A stretch of DNA of 64,000 nucleotides from the human T2T-CHM13v2.0 reference genome, Homo sapiens, in NCBI RefSeq assembly GCF_009914755.1, contig NC_060928.1. The stretch is one strand, 5' to 3'. Below are positions 25,766-42,950 of this stretch, in pieces; the first letter of the stretch is position 1; every line of letters begins with the position of its first letter. A program made the position numbers and the translations under genes. The notes below the pieces were generated by a model. The model searched no databases. It was given only the letters and a program-made list of their open reading frames with translations, and was not told the DNA's origin.

Positions 25766-28042
25766 GAATTCTTTCCCCATTGCTTGTTATTGTCAGCTTT
25801 GTTGAAGATCAGATGGTTATAGTTGTGCAGCTTTATGTCTCAGTTCTCTATTATGTTCTATTGGTCCATGTGTCTGTTTTTCTACCTGTACCATGCTGTT
25901 GTGGTTGTTGTAGCCTTGTAGTATAGTTTGAAGTCAGGCAGTGTGATTCCTCTAGCTTTGTTCTTTTTGCTTAGGATTGCTTTGACTATTTGGGCTTTTT
26001 TGTTCTTGTTACATATGAATTGTAGCATAGTTTTTTTTTTTATTTCTGTGAAAAATGTCATTGGTACTTTGAAAGAAATATCACTGAATCCATGAATTGT
26101 TTTGGGCAGTATGGCCATTTTAACAACATTAATTATTCCTGTCTGTGACAATGAAATGCTTTTCCATTTGTTTGTGTTGTCTCTAATTTCTTTCAACAAT
26201 GTCTTACAATTCTTGTTGTAGAGATCTTTCACTCCCTGGTTAGCTGTATTCCCAAGTATTTTTTCTTTTTGTGGCTGTTGTGAATGTGATTACATCCTTG
26301 ATTCGGCTCTCAGCTTGGATGTTATTGGTGTATAGAAATGTTACATTTTTGGTACATTAATTTTGTATCCTGAAGCTTTATTGAAGTTGTTCATATAAAT
26401 CATTCTACCAAAAAGACACATGCATGCATATATTCATCACAGCACTGTTCATAATAGCAAAGACATGAAATCAACCTAGATGCCCATTAATGGTGGACTA
26501 GATAAAGAAAATGTGGTACACATACACCATGAAATACTAGGAAGCCACAAAAAAAAGTCAAAATCGTGTCCTTTGCAGCAACGTGGATGAAGTTGGAAGC
26601 CATTATCCTAAGCAAATTAACACAGTGACAGAAAACCAAATACTGCATATTCCATTTTGTAAGCTGGAGCTAAACATCGATTATACATGGACACAAAGAA
26701 GGGAACAATAGACATAAGATCCTACTTGATGGTGGAGGGTCGGTGGAGAGTGAGGATTGAAAAACTACCTGTTGGGTAATATGCTCATTACTTGGGTGAC
26801 AAAATAATCTGTACACCAGCACCCTACAGCATTAGTTTACTTGTGTTAACAAACGTGAATATGTGCCCCTTGAACCTAAAAGTTGGACACAAAAATCAAA
26901 CAGGCAGAAAAGAGAATCAGTATTTAAAAAATCATCTCAGAGAATTATTATATGAATTTTAAAGTTATGCTTAGTATTAAAAAATATAAGCAGCTGCCAA
27001 ACAGACAAATCCAATGCCAACTCCTTAACAGACTATTGCTTCCTCTTTATTTCTTCTCTTTCTCCTTTCTTGGGGTTGGTAGAATAAGCAGCTTCAAACA
27101 ACTAGATGGGAACAATGGGGTTATAGAGTAAAAACAGTCAAAAGAAACCTGGGTCCTTAATACATTTATGCAGATGACAAACCTAAACTGGAACTGAAAC
27201 ATAAGGAGAATACAATTTGAAGGGTGCATGTGTTTTTGTATCTATTTCATAAAAATTATTAAAAATACAATTAAAATATAAATCCTCATGATATGTATGC
27301 ATATACATTTAAAATCTACTGATACTAGTTTAGTTAATATGTTTTGTGTTCAATGAAAGGCGAAAGAAATCCTTGCAATTTTAACAAAAATACGTGATGC
27401 AATTAGGAAGAAAAACAGATATAATTATTTAAAAATTAATTCCAAATTTATTTTTCTTTTTTGGTAGAAAATGTTTTAATATAAACTATTCTGTTGTAGA
27501 AAACATAAATAGATTAAAAATTACTAACTGTAAATGTGTGTTCACTGTTCTCTCTTTACACAGTGTTGTGTAGCTATTTTCTACCTGCCTAGGCTTAATG
27601 AAGTAACCTTTAATCTCTTTCTAGACTTCGATTAAAACTTTTATTAAAGGCATGAAGATGATCTAGGTGCTTAGTAACATTAATGCAAATTTCAGCAGTA
27701 AGTCCAGATCTGCAAATAAAAAAATAAGCAGTATTAGTATCATAAATATACACAGGACTTACCTAATTTCTTTCTCTTAATATTTTTAAAATTTCTTTTT
27801 TTTTTTTTTTTGCAGAAAGTCTTTTTTTTCTTTTATTATTATACTTTAAGTTTTAGGGTACATGTGCACATTGTGCAGGTTAGTTACATATGTATACATG
27901 TGCCATGCTGGTGTGCTGCACCCACAAACTCATCATCTAGCATTACGTATATCTCTGAATGCTATCCCTCCCCGCTCCCCCCACCCCATAACAGTCCTCA
28001 GAGTGTGATGTTCCCCTTCCTGTGTCCATGTGATCTCATTGT

Positions 28043-31440
<3,398 letters not shown>

Positions 31441-33229
31441 TTTTTAAAATTTCTTAGTGGTTGATACATATTGATTTCTGCATAGCATTTGCTATGCAGA
31501 AATTACTATGATATTCATAGTAATAGTTATTTAATTAAAATGTCTTTATCCCAAAAATGTTACACAGTGTCCTAGGCTTTTTGCTTTTAATCTCCTATTC
31601 ATTATTTATATGTGACTAAAGAGTCTGTGGATAAACCTCCCATCAGTTGTTTTGAGAGCATCACAAAGTCATACACAAGAACTGATATTACTTTAAGGGT
31701 CTTACTAATTTCAGAGCACTTCTTAAGATATGTTATGTTTACAACTTTAAAAGGCAAAATATCAATTCTAATTTCATAGAGGCTAATAAAAGCATAATAC
31801 TCTAAATTTTGTTTTCCAAATTAGTATCATTACCAGAAAGTCAGAATGCCCACAAGATGGGCTGTGACAACTTGATTGTGTTCAGACACTTCCCAAATTA
31901 GGTGCCATGTTCGAAAATTTGGCCAAGTGAGATTGACACAAGCTTCTCAGGGAACAGTGAGAAAAACAGAAGGCAGATCAAATTTGGGCCTGCTGATCCT
32001 CGACAGGCTTGCTTTAACTTTCTCTCCCTGAAGTTCTTTGTCTTATATTGCCTCTTCACTGAAATTGTGACACGAAGGTTATGACAAGCATATGAAAATA
32101 GCTAGTGACTTATTAATGTCTGCTATGACTTGAGTGTCATAAAGCAGCACAGTGTGGCTTCAGTGATCACCTTTCTTTCCTTCCATATACTGCAGCCAAT
32201 CTCTTGAGCTGTCCAGAAGTGTCATATTACTTCAGTGAAATAAGATCTGTGCATTAATATGCTTTTCTACCTCCAAGCTCATAGTTACTTGTCACATTAA
32301 TATTTTGCTTAAACCAACTTTCCCTGAAATATAAGAATGCAAATTACTCAATTCTTGAAACCCTACTGCAAGCTTTTTCCCAACATTCAATTTACACATA
32401 TATTGAAGTAATGGACATTCTTAACAAACAGCAGTTTTCATTTATTTATTTTCAGCCAAATGGAATTGAAAAGGCAATATTGAAATGGATTTTTTTATGA
32501 CGTGGATCTTAATGGTTAACCCCTTCAGCAATACTAAATTATGAACCCTTCAAAAAAATCTCTCTCTTTTCAGTTTTGGGACACAAGTGTCTTTATTTTT
32601 CTACCCTTGGTTGTTTTGCTTTGTTTTAATATGACTGTCATTTATACTGCTTAAACTTGAGTACAGATATGCAAAGAGCATCTTTATAGAGCTACAGTTT
32701 ATGTTGTTTTTGCTTTCTCCAGATATTTAGAAGATGTTATTGGCAATAATAATGATGATAATACAGACTTTGGGGAGCGAGTCTGTCATTGCACACAATG
32801 ATGGTTTTAAATTTAGAAACGGGAAGAAAACTTTGAGGTCCGACATTCCTAGAGCAAAAAATTCTTTTTTATTTTTGAAGGAAATACAAAATAGTTATTA
32901 TTACTTTTAGTAGCAAAACCCACACATACTTGTACACCAACCTAATAATAATAAATAACTTCTTCCATACAACTTTTTCTTTATTCTTATGTTTTTGCTC
33001 TTCATCATTCTTTCCAAAGTATATCATCTGCCTCATAAGAGTGTGTATATTTTTGATTCTCATTATTCTTTCTGAAATACTTTTTTTCCAATACTGCTGC
33101 TTTTTAATCTCTATGTTCCTATTATGGATTTAGGGCTTAATTGCAAAAGAGACATCAAGCTTACATTTCACTCAAGTTACAGTAAAACAAATTGAACATA
33201 TAATATTTCAATGTATAGTTATTGATGAA

Positions 33230-33440
33230 AGTAGTAATAACATTTACATTTATTGCTGTTTACTCTGCAGAAGGCATTATCCTGAGTATTTTATATATAC
33301 TGTTTCTGGTTAGCCTCTCAGGAAGTCCTAACAGAGGTTTTAATATTTCAGTTTTACAGATGAAGAAACTGACTCTTTCATAGATCTAATAATTGCTTAA
33401 TGCACTAAGTGACTAATTAATAGGAGGCTAGCATTCTAAT
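33230..33440 (-). mobile_element. MIR
   Basis: Core motif ttttacagatgaagaaactga. Confidence 0.6.
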
Positions 33441-33760
33441 TTTATAGATTAATACATAATTTGTGATTATGTTTATGCTTGCTGGGCACTCATGTGATAA
33501 ATAAGCAAATGAAGACTTTAATCTTCCCTTAAAGTCTGCCATACCGTAAAATTCTGATGACTACTTATTCTAAAGCAAGGTAATAAAAAGAATTTGACTT
33601 CTTGTCTCTGTAAAGTTTTATATTTTAACTGACTATATCAGTGTCTTCTAAACAAATAGTATATATGAAGAATATTAAGTTTATACAATCAAAGATCTCT
33701 TGAAATGCTGATCAAAAGATACCTCCACCAACTTTATATTCTATGAACTTTCACATGTGT

Positions 33761-33783
33761 GCACACACACACGCACACACACA
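33761..33783. repeat. (CA)n microsatellite
   Basis: cacacacacacgcacacacaca. Confidence 0.85.
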
Positions 33784-35181
33784 GTTGTGTAATATGAGGA
33801 AACCACAGCTCTGAGAGATTGGGTCGCTTAACTGTGAAGTCTAAGTCTCTTGGATTATTGTTTCCTGTATACATATAATTTTCATTTGAAACTTTAAACA
33901 ATACCTACAGCCCTTTGTGTGAGATGTAGCTAAGTAGTATTCTTGTTGAAGTTTTTGTTTTCCAGAATGAATTAATATCCGTAAAAATAACATGAATTGC
34001 TCAAAGCTGGGATGTCATCTTATTGTGCCACCAACTATCTGTGTGATCTTTTGAAAACACCTTCAATTCTCCAAACTTCAGTTTATAATCTGTCAAATGA
34101 GGGGTTTCTTATAAACTTTCTGTTCTTCTGCAGTGTCATCGTTTATAGCATATTATGTTTCAAAACCGGTAGTGTCAGAGCCAAAAGAATAACAGAACTC
34201 ATGTTTCCATTTACATAATTCTAATCACTCGTGTTCTTCATTTGAATTTGTGTATATGCAGCACTGAAAGAGGCTGGCTCATCACAGTTGTAGGTGAACA
34301 CAATTTAGGTGCAGATGTCTCTATAAACACAAAGTTGTAGTGGGACAGTCCTGTGAAAACCACTAGACTTCTAAGTCCAATCTTCTAACACTTTTGTGGT
34401 GGTGAACCTCAGATTAATATCTTATCTGCAAACTGAAATGTTAGCACATTATTTAGTGTGGTGCTTAATGGTAGTATTTAATTAAAACAGAATTGCAGAA
34501 AAGTAATCAGCATTTAACTGTTCCTAAAATGTGTGCTTTGCTTTGAATATGAATTGAGTCCCTTTGTCCTCTGTATAAAATCCATTCCACAAAGTGAACA
34601 TTCACCTTCTGTTTGGCACTTTATTGTGGTTTATTTGAGGCATACCGTAACATATGAAAAACCATTCTTTCTTTTTCTTTTCTTTAAATCTGTGACATAT
34701 GCCAATATCCTGCTGGCTAGCCACCAAAGTACTGTGTTATGTACGGAGTTTCTTAGTCAACTGAATAAGGCACTGGAGACAAAACATCTGCATTGAGTGA
34801 CCTTGAACAAGTCTCTGCTTACCTCATTACATAAAACTCTTATTCAAATAAAACTATACACACACATACACACACACAGTCTTTATTCTGTACATGGGAC
34901 ATAGGAAGAATGTAATAAATGTTAGCTATGGTTTTCCTTATGAAGGAGCTTACACAAAAACTAGTTTATCTCTGTGGATGTTTCCATTATTGAGACAAAT
35001 ATTAAATACTGTTATAGTTAACACAAGATAAACTATCTTTGAAATGGAATATGAACCTAAAAGTTTTATGCCAGGAAATTAAACACTTTTCAAAAAAAGG
35101 GCATAAACATTAGGAGGCATATAAAAGTTACTCTCCTGCTATCTCATAGATTGTTCATATTTTTCAATAAGATGTTAGAGT

Positions 35182-35990
35182 TGTCAAAGTCAAGTAAAAT
35201 ATAGAGATAAATCTCTAAAATTAAAATATTTTGTTTAGGGAGAAATAATTACAATTTGGGGCATACATACAAACCAGGTGGTCTTTGGTATGTCTGAAGG
35301 ACAAAGAGAAGATTAGTCATTTTACAAAAAAGGAGAAATGTTATTTATTACTCTTTGAGAAATTGTCTTGGCACTAGCAAGGTTTTGAGGAGCCAGCAAG
35401 CTCTCATTGGTAAGTGATGGTGGTGGACAGAACTGTTCTTAGAGTTGCAGCTGGTTGTTTCATTAGTTATTGGTTAAAACTGGTTTCAGGTTACAGCAGG
35501 CAGTTTCAGCAGCTAGGTTTATAGAATTACATATTTGAAGCAATGTTTTGTGCCCTGATGCTTTTCACCAGTGGCTTCTCAACTCTATTTTTATTTTTAT
35601 ATTTTTAATTATTTATTTATTGTTATTTTTTTTTTTTTTTGAGATGGAGTCTCACTCTGTCACCCAGGCTGGACTGCAGTGGTGCAATCTCTGCTCACTG
35701 CAACGTCCGTCTCCTAGGCTCAAGCAACCCTCCTGCCTCAGCTTCCTGAGTAGCTGGAACTACAGACATGTGCCACCACGCCCAGCTAATTTTTTTGTAT
35801 TTTTGGTAGAGACGGGGTTTCACCTTATTGCCCAGGCTGGTTTTCAACTCCTGACCTCAAGTCAAGTGATCCACCCGCCTCAGCCATCCAATATGCTGGG
35901 ATTACAGGCGTGAGCCACTGCACCCAGCCTCAACTCTCTTTTTAGTTGAGTATGACAAGAATAAACCAAATTGTATGATCAACTTTCACA
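35182..35990 (-). mobile_element. ERV1-class solo LTR (possibly MER67-like) interrupted by an Alu
   Basis: Minus-strand start tgtgaaagttgatcatacaa, end ctttgaca; TG..CA termini. Confidence 0.65.
35595..35929 (-). mobile_element. Alu (J/S) within the LTR
   Basis: Reverse Alu dimer with long T-rich tail; TSD tcaactct(a/c)tttt. Confidence 0.95.
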
Positions 35991-38039
35991 ATGTTAAGGT
36001 ATATACAACAAGGACTCCCTACACCACTGATTTCCAACCATTTTAACATCAAGATTCACCTTCCTTAATGAACTCAACCATCAGTGTATTTGTCAAAGCA
36101 TTTGTTATGCAATGATCATGCATCCATATTTTAGATAAATGTGAGATTTCTACTGATTTGGAAATATTAAAAATATTACTATATTTGGGCATTTTTATGA
36201 TTTTCTAGAATTATTTCTTTGAAACCGTGTGCTAAAGTTTGCATTTTCTTATGCTTGTATATTGCTGTACAATACATAAAATGTTTAAGTGAATGACTCA
36301 TATAATCCCACAGACAGCAAAGAATACTTTGCTGTACTCTTTTAAAATTTGATGTAACTACCGCTCATTAAGAGACATGAAGTGATTCATTCTAGTTCTG
36401 CTAGTAATTGTTAGAACAAAGCCTAATACTTTCTGGCTTCAAATTCTCTGTGTATTTTAGCTATATCTTTCTGCCTTCTAAAGGGATCTAGAAAGTAAAT
36501 GAAATGCCCAACAGCTACTTAGAAGTTCAGAATGTTTATAAGACAAAAACAGGGACTTTGATTTATGACTCAATTCTTTGACAGTTCTTTATTTGAATTT
36601 TAAATGATCACTATTCGATTGTCAGATAACATATACAATGAGAACTCTCAGTTCAGTTAGCCAGATGGTGCAGCCAGGAGACGGAGGGAAGACCCAAGGA
36701 GATTAAGTATGGAGCTAGAGGCGGGCATATGATTAGAATGCAAAGCCTCCATCCTCCATCCATGCTTCTGATGTTGGGTTGCTCTCTCCAAATGTTTTAC
36801 GCAGTTGCCAAAAAATCTGCATGAAAATAATATTCATTTGTGCTTGCAGCATTCATTAGTTACCCTAAATTTTCTCTGAATATCAAATACATGCCCAAGT
36901 GAGATGAGATATAAAAGCAGCAGGCAATGCAATCCAATTATCCAAGGAATATTGCTAGTCCTCAGCATAGCAGTAGTATGGCTGAACCTCAAAGCTCCTG
37001 TATGTGGATTCTCTAATAGTTTATATTTTGGAGTTGGTTAGTCATTAGCTTTATAGAACCTAATGGGTTACCTAAAACAAAGGTTGCTTTAAAAAAATTA
37101 TACACATTTGTACTTTGAACACAGACCTTGTCCATCTTAGTCTAAACGTCTCCATTGTAATAATTCTTCCTTCACTTGTCTTACAGTTCCCTGTGCATGA
37201 CCTCACATTTAATCACTTACACATTCTTTCTTTTTATACTTCTATACCCTGCTTCCTTTCTCTATAATTCTACTCAACTACATTTATTTCTTAAGTGACA
37301 GCATGCCTCAGCATATTTTTCTTTGTTTACTGATTTATTTATTCAGCTGAGCTACAGGGTGTCAGTGAACTGACTACAAGATGACATGTAATGCTGGCAG
37401 GCAAGGCATGGGAAAAATCAAGGGAATTTGGGCAGGCATTCCAGATTGTCCAATTGAGGAAATCTGTGTTCCCTAATCAATATTTTTTTTGCTTCAAAAT
37501 TGTTCCTGGATTTATACTTACTGACACTATCCAGAGCTGTATATTTCCATCTGTGCTTATAATTGCAATTTTGATTTTTTATTTGGATTATAAACCTATC
37601 CCAGCTGGATTTTCTTGCATGGCTTCATCTCTGTATGGCAGAAATGAGATCTATTTAATATTATAAGCATATTGCAGTTTAAAAAGTACTTCTGCATTCT
37701 ACCCTAGGGCAGGTGGTTTCATTTGCATTTTAAAAATAAGGAATTAGAGGTTATTGATTACAACTTGCCATGAAGCACAAGCCAATTTGATTTGAGTCTA
37801 TGTAATGCAAATCTCCATCTTTCCTCAACAGGTAGTTTAAGGTTACTGAGAGGATAGCTTTTAAAAATTATTGACATTCAATTTTGTTTTTAACAATAAT
37901 CTTCTTCACTCGGTATCCATTTTCTGGGCACCTTGTTAGTGCCAAGCTCTGTGGCAGCTGTTGAGTAAATACATGTGTTCAAGATGCTCTTGCTGCCAGT
38001 AACAACTTAGTTTATAGTTTAATAGTAACTAGAGCCATT

Positions 38040-38400
38040 TTCCAAATGGTCCAGTTCTGCTGGGTGTATGTAAGAATTTCAATTCCTATCTTCCTTGTCT
38101 TTGTCTAATGTGTGTGACTAGTTCTGTCCAATAAGTTTCAAGGACAAGTGTCACCTTAGGTTGAGTATTTGTCATTACGTGATTAGTCAGCATCTTTTTC
38201 TCTCTACCACTGAAATGCTCCAGGTGGGGCTATTCTGTCAGCCTGATTCTGAGAGTGAAGACAATGACAATACAAAGAGCCTACAGTGTATACCTGGTGG
38301 GCATTTAGTGTGAGAAGGGATGATGTTATGTGTCACTCTATTACTAAAATACAGAAAATTATTGGTTATTGCAATATAAAACTTATAATGACTGATATAA
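38040..38400. mobile_element. Old MLT1-type LTR fragment
   Basis: gtgactagttctgtccaataag, ctattctgtcagcctg and terminal tgactgatata motifs. Confidence 0.45.
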
Positions 38401-38451
38401 AAAGACTTCAAATTAAATTCTAGGCTTTATTTCAACAGTTCATTATAACTG

Positions 38452-38560
38452 AAAGAATATATTATACGTATTATATATAAGATAATTGTATATTATATAT
38501 GTACATCTAATATGTGTAATATAAAATATATGTGTATATATATTTAATATTTTATATGTT
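38452..38560. repeat. (TA)-rich low-complexity tract
   Basis: tattatatataagataattgtatattatatat. Confidence 0.75.
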
Positions 38561-39494
38561 AAATCAAATAACGCAGGCGTCTGAGTTTGATGTAATCTAT
38601 TAAATCTCTTCTCAGGTTGACTCCTAGAGATGGAAGAGCTGTAAGCAGAGACAGAAAAGTATGTTTTCACACAAACTCTTTGGCTCATTAGCAGATGGCA
38701 GCAATGAGCCAATAAAATATATTTTTCTCCTTTGAGTACTTTATATACTACTTATCCTTGCCACTTAACACCATCATTAATTTTAAAGTAGAATGTGTTT
38801 ATTAAAATGTCTTTATTGATTTAGGTGAAAAATATAATTTCTCTCAGTCCTCCAAAAATTAGATCCATTTTCACATAATTCATAAGGCAAATATTTATGA
38901 ACAAAGCAAACATTATTTTATAAAAAACATTAATCATGTAAAATGTATTTCAAACCAATAAGTAGGAAAGAAAAATAGTGTCTAAGAAAATATTTTGGGT
39001 AAAATGGCTAACATAAAATAAAGTAAACCTTGTGAACACCACCTCTCTCACCATATACGTAGGCTGAGAAAGTATTTTTCTATGTCTCACTCTTGTTCCA
39101 TCTTTTCTGCAAACTTATAGGTAATAAAAATAGACAACTCTTGGAAACACATGCTTCCTCTTCAATGGGGACAAAGTTTTAGGAATGCCAAAAGAAGAGG
39201 TTAGAAGAGCAATTAGAAGACAAGCGTGAATAAATGAATCTTTAAAATGCATCTAAAATTTTGATACTGATGCTTGAGTCTCACTCAAATTCTGAGTCAC
39301 AATAGACTTGGACTATAATATCTAGACCATCTAGATGCTTTAAAGTAGGAAGCTTTTTTTTTAATTACTGAGAAAACTGTTATTTGCAAAAATGAACACT
39401 TGTTCTTCTTGAAACTATTGTGAAAAAGGTAATCCAAATGTTCATGAATGGAGATACTTTTGAACATGTCTGGCAGGCCCCTGCTAGGTACTGT

Positions 39495-39532
39495 TGTATT
39501 AGGGTTCTGCAAACAAACAGAGCCAATAAAAG

Positions 39533-39577
<45 letters not shown>

Positions 39578-39984
39578 AAATATGTATATACACACATATA
39601 CATATACACACATGATACTGGCTCACGTGTTTGTGGAAGCTAAGTCCCACCATCTGCAAGCTGAAGATCCAGTGAAACCAGTGGTGAAGTTTGAAGCCTG
39701 AGAGCCAGAGAGCCAATGATGTAGAGAGTCTGAAGGCTAGAAGCACTGAGGGCAGGAGGTTGATGTCCCACTTCAAGCATTAAGGTAGAAAGTGAATTCA
39801 ACCTTCCTCCTCCTTTTTGTTCTACTCAGGTCCTTACTGGACTGGATGATGCTTATCAGTCCACCAATTCACTGGCTGATCTCTTCTGGAAACACCCTCA
39901 TAGAAACACCCAGAAATAATGTTTAACCAGCTGTCTGGGCATCCCCAGGCCCAGTCAAGTTGATGTATAAAATTAACCATCACA
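39495..39984 (-). mobile_element. MLT2 (ERVL) solo LTR containing (TG)n
   Basis: Minus-strand start tgtgatggttaattttat; 5-bp TSD actgt/gctgt. Confidence 0.88.
39534..39574. repeat. (TG)~20 microsatellite
   Basis: Perfect TG run. Confidence 0.97.
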
Positions 39985-42769
39985 GCTGTATAGGAACTAT
40001 TTCATTTAATTCTCAAAGTTATCCTAAAAATTGATTCCATTCCTTCCATTGTTTGATGTCTCCCAGCTAATAAATAGAGGACTACAATTCCCTGTCATTT
40101 CTGCCTGATTACAAAAGCTGTTCACTTTCCACCTGGAAGGCCCAAATAACAATGATTTGTTATCAAAATAGCACATCCATCATTTAACTACTGAGAACTG
40201 AACTTGTCCTTAAATGGAAATTTTCCAGTTTTTAAAAAAGATTCAAGATTAGAAATCTACAAAAGGTTTTTGTCTTCATCATACATATATGTTATAAGCA
40301 ATACATCTAACAAAATAATTGAGCTAATATCAGCAATAGTCGCCAATAGGTGATTTTAAATCACCGAGCAGATGACTAGTAATGTGCATTGTGCCCCTGT
40401 CAGCTGAGCTATAAATGATGTGAGGTACTCCTAAACTCCATAAAGTCAGAAAGAAAACTCATATAGGATCCCACTTTTGCAAAACACCCAGCCCTTCTTT
40501 TGCATAAAAGCAAGAGACTCTAGGGAACCTTACACATTAATATCCATATCAGTAAGGAGAATAAAAATGATTTGGCTAGCAGCATAAAAAATTGGGAACA
40601 TCTGAAAGATTCATAGTTCTGCCCTGTCAGCTGAAAAGCATCCAACTCATTTTCCTTCATGCTATGAATGAAAGTAACTGCAGTGGAGGCTATTCCTGTA
40701 GCTGTCACTAAATAACTTGCCCCATGGTGTAACCAAGGGATGAGACAGGATGTCATACTTCAAAATGGAATTAAAATAAAATAAGATAAAAATATAAATT
40801 AAAAAAGGGCCCTTTTATCTACTGTGAAATTTGAAGTACTTGAGTTTTATCCCCAGATGGCTTTTAAATCAACCTAGTGAATTCTAATTTATTAGTAACA
40901 GAAATAGTATTTGGCTTAAGATTTCAATACTCTGCCTTAATCCCTACCAGATTTTTCTGTACTCATGCTGTGGAGCTGTACTCTGGAGCAGCAAGTGACA
41001 AGTGAAGACAACCTCCCTCCCTGCCTTTTCTGGTCTGAGTAACATTGTCATTAAAATTGTCAAATAAATTAAGATACCAAGACAAAAAAATGCCCAATTA
41101 TTTTAGCCAATGCATTTTGCTACTTTAAGTTTATCTTTTAACATGAAAATACAATATTTTTAAAAGAGAAAATCATATAGAAATTAGTTTAAATAATGAG
41201 CCTTTTCATTTTAATAAAGCAAGTTTCCCAGAAATGAAATATCCAGTCACTTTTCACAATATTTTTCTAAAATCACTAATTGCCCTCCAACATAATGGAA
41301 TTTTATGTCATTGACATTCTCATGAGATTCTTATAATATAAACCCATGGATATGATGTTACAATGTCAAACGAAATAAGCTAGCAAGTCTATGGAGGTAT
41401 ATGTCAATGATGCAAATATTTCTATGTGTAGAAGTAGTAATATGTCAAGATGATGGCAAATAATACCAGGGATTTCTCTGGATACTATTTTCTGGAACAA
41501 AAACCGTGCAAAAAAATGAATGTCATTGCAATTCTTTTGAGACAATGATCTGGTTATCATGGCTATAATAAAAGAAAAGTTGCTAGTGTTTGTGATCATC
41601 TGAATTATTTCTTATGTATTTGAGGAAATGATACTTTTATATACCCCATTGTAAAGCACCTAAGAGCTTTCAGTGCCTTAAAAAGAAAATTTTGGTCTTA
41701 TAACATGGTCCAAATCAAGAGGAAGGGAGGCATTTCAGGGATTTTAACATCAAGAGAGTTTACATTGTTTTATACTCTGTTGGAATTTGATTACTGCTTG
41801 TTGAAGTCATCATCAATATCCTAGACTTCCATGCTTGTTAACAAGGGTCTTTTGACTTTGGCAAAATCTGTATTTGACATACTCAGATGAGTTCATAAAA
41901 CTTCCAAAGTATGATTTTTTTTAAATGAGGTGTGACTTTAATCAGATAAGTGGAGGAAAGGAAAAAAAAAAGGTCATCTGTGATTTATTTAATTCTTTAA
42001 GTGTATTCAAGGTAATGCCACAAGGAGAGTAATTTGACCTTACTGGGTAAAGCAATTTATTATAGTATAAATAAAGATATTTTTGGTCCCACTCATTTAA
42101 GTTTCTGTGCATGGATAGAGTCCAAATAAAACATTGGAATTCATGATTCTGAATTATGTGAGCTATTTAATCATTACTGCTGGAGAACCAGACACAAGAA
42201 GTAATTTTCAGCAACAAAGTTATTAGAGTGATGGTAAAGAGTCCAAGAGAGCCCATCCCGGAACACCACTTGAAGAAATAATCCAAATAATACCATAGCC
42301 CCTCAGGAGGAAGAGGAGCTTATGTACACAAACACATGTGTCTAACCTTTCAAATAGTTCAAAGTGCTTTCATGCATGTTTTATGATAATATTCTTATGA
42401 CAGAGATAAGGGCAAGGACTATTCTGATTTTGCATGGGGAAATGAACACAAGCTCTAGCCATCATAGTTATTTGTGATTATTTATCTAAGTCGAAACATG
42501 TGGAGTTTACTTATGTCTAAAATTTTGTCTAAAGTATCCCAGTTTTCACTTACTTTAGAATAATTCAAATATTCATATAAAATCAGACTATTTCTCCTGG
42601 ATATTCTACTTCTTTCATAACCCTATATTTCTTCACATATCAAATTGAAATTAATTCTAGCTTTTTAAATGCCATCATTTATATTTTTTCTTATAAAATT
42701 CCATTTCAGGTATGGGGTCTGTTGCAATCAGACCCAATGTAGATTTATATTTATAAGCCAATGTAGATT

Positions 42770-42950
42770 TATTTTTATTCAACATTTATTATGTTCCAGG
42801 TAATCTTATTTCTTGCAATAATCTGAGCTTATGAACCCTGTTTTATAGGTATGAAATCTGAGACTTGGAGATGATATATAGATTTCCAACATAAAGCAGG
42901 AATTGAGGATGTTCCAGGTACATTTCAAGTATGTGTTCAGTTTCAAAACC
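42770..42950 (-). mobile_element. MIR
   Basis: ttttataggtatgaaatctgagacttggaga core-like motif. Confidence 0.5.

Larger units (their letters stand above)
24318..26890 (+). mobile_element. L1PA15/16-like element with 5' inversion (24318-26392 minus; 26393-26890 plus, with 3' UTR)
   Basis: ORF2 fragment [18 protein letters not shown] on the minus strand; plus-strand 3' UTR aaaaactacctgttgggtaat...ccccttgaacctaaaag. Confidence 0.85.
24170..27290. mobile_element. Old MLT1-type LTR split by an L1 (pieces about 24170-24317 and 26993-27290)
   Basis: actatatttcctggctttccttg...ttactaagttctcactaatag and aagaaacctgggtccttaat motifs resemble MLT1. Confidence 0.45.
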
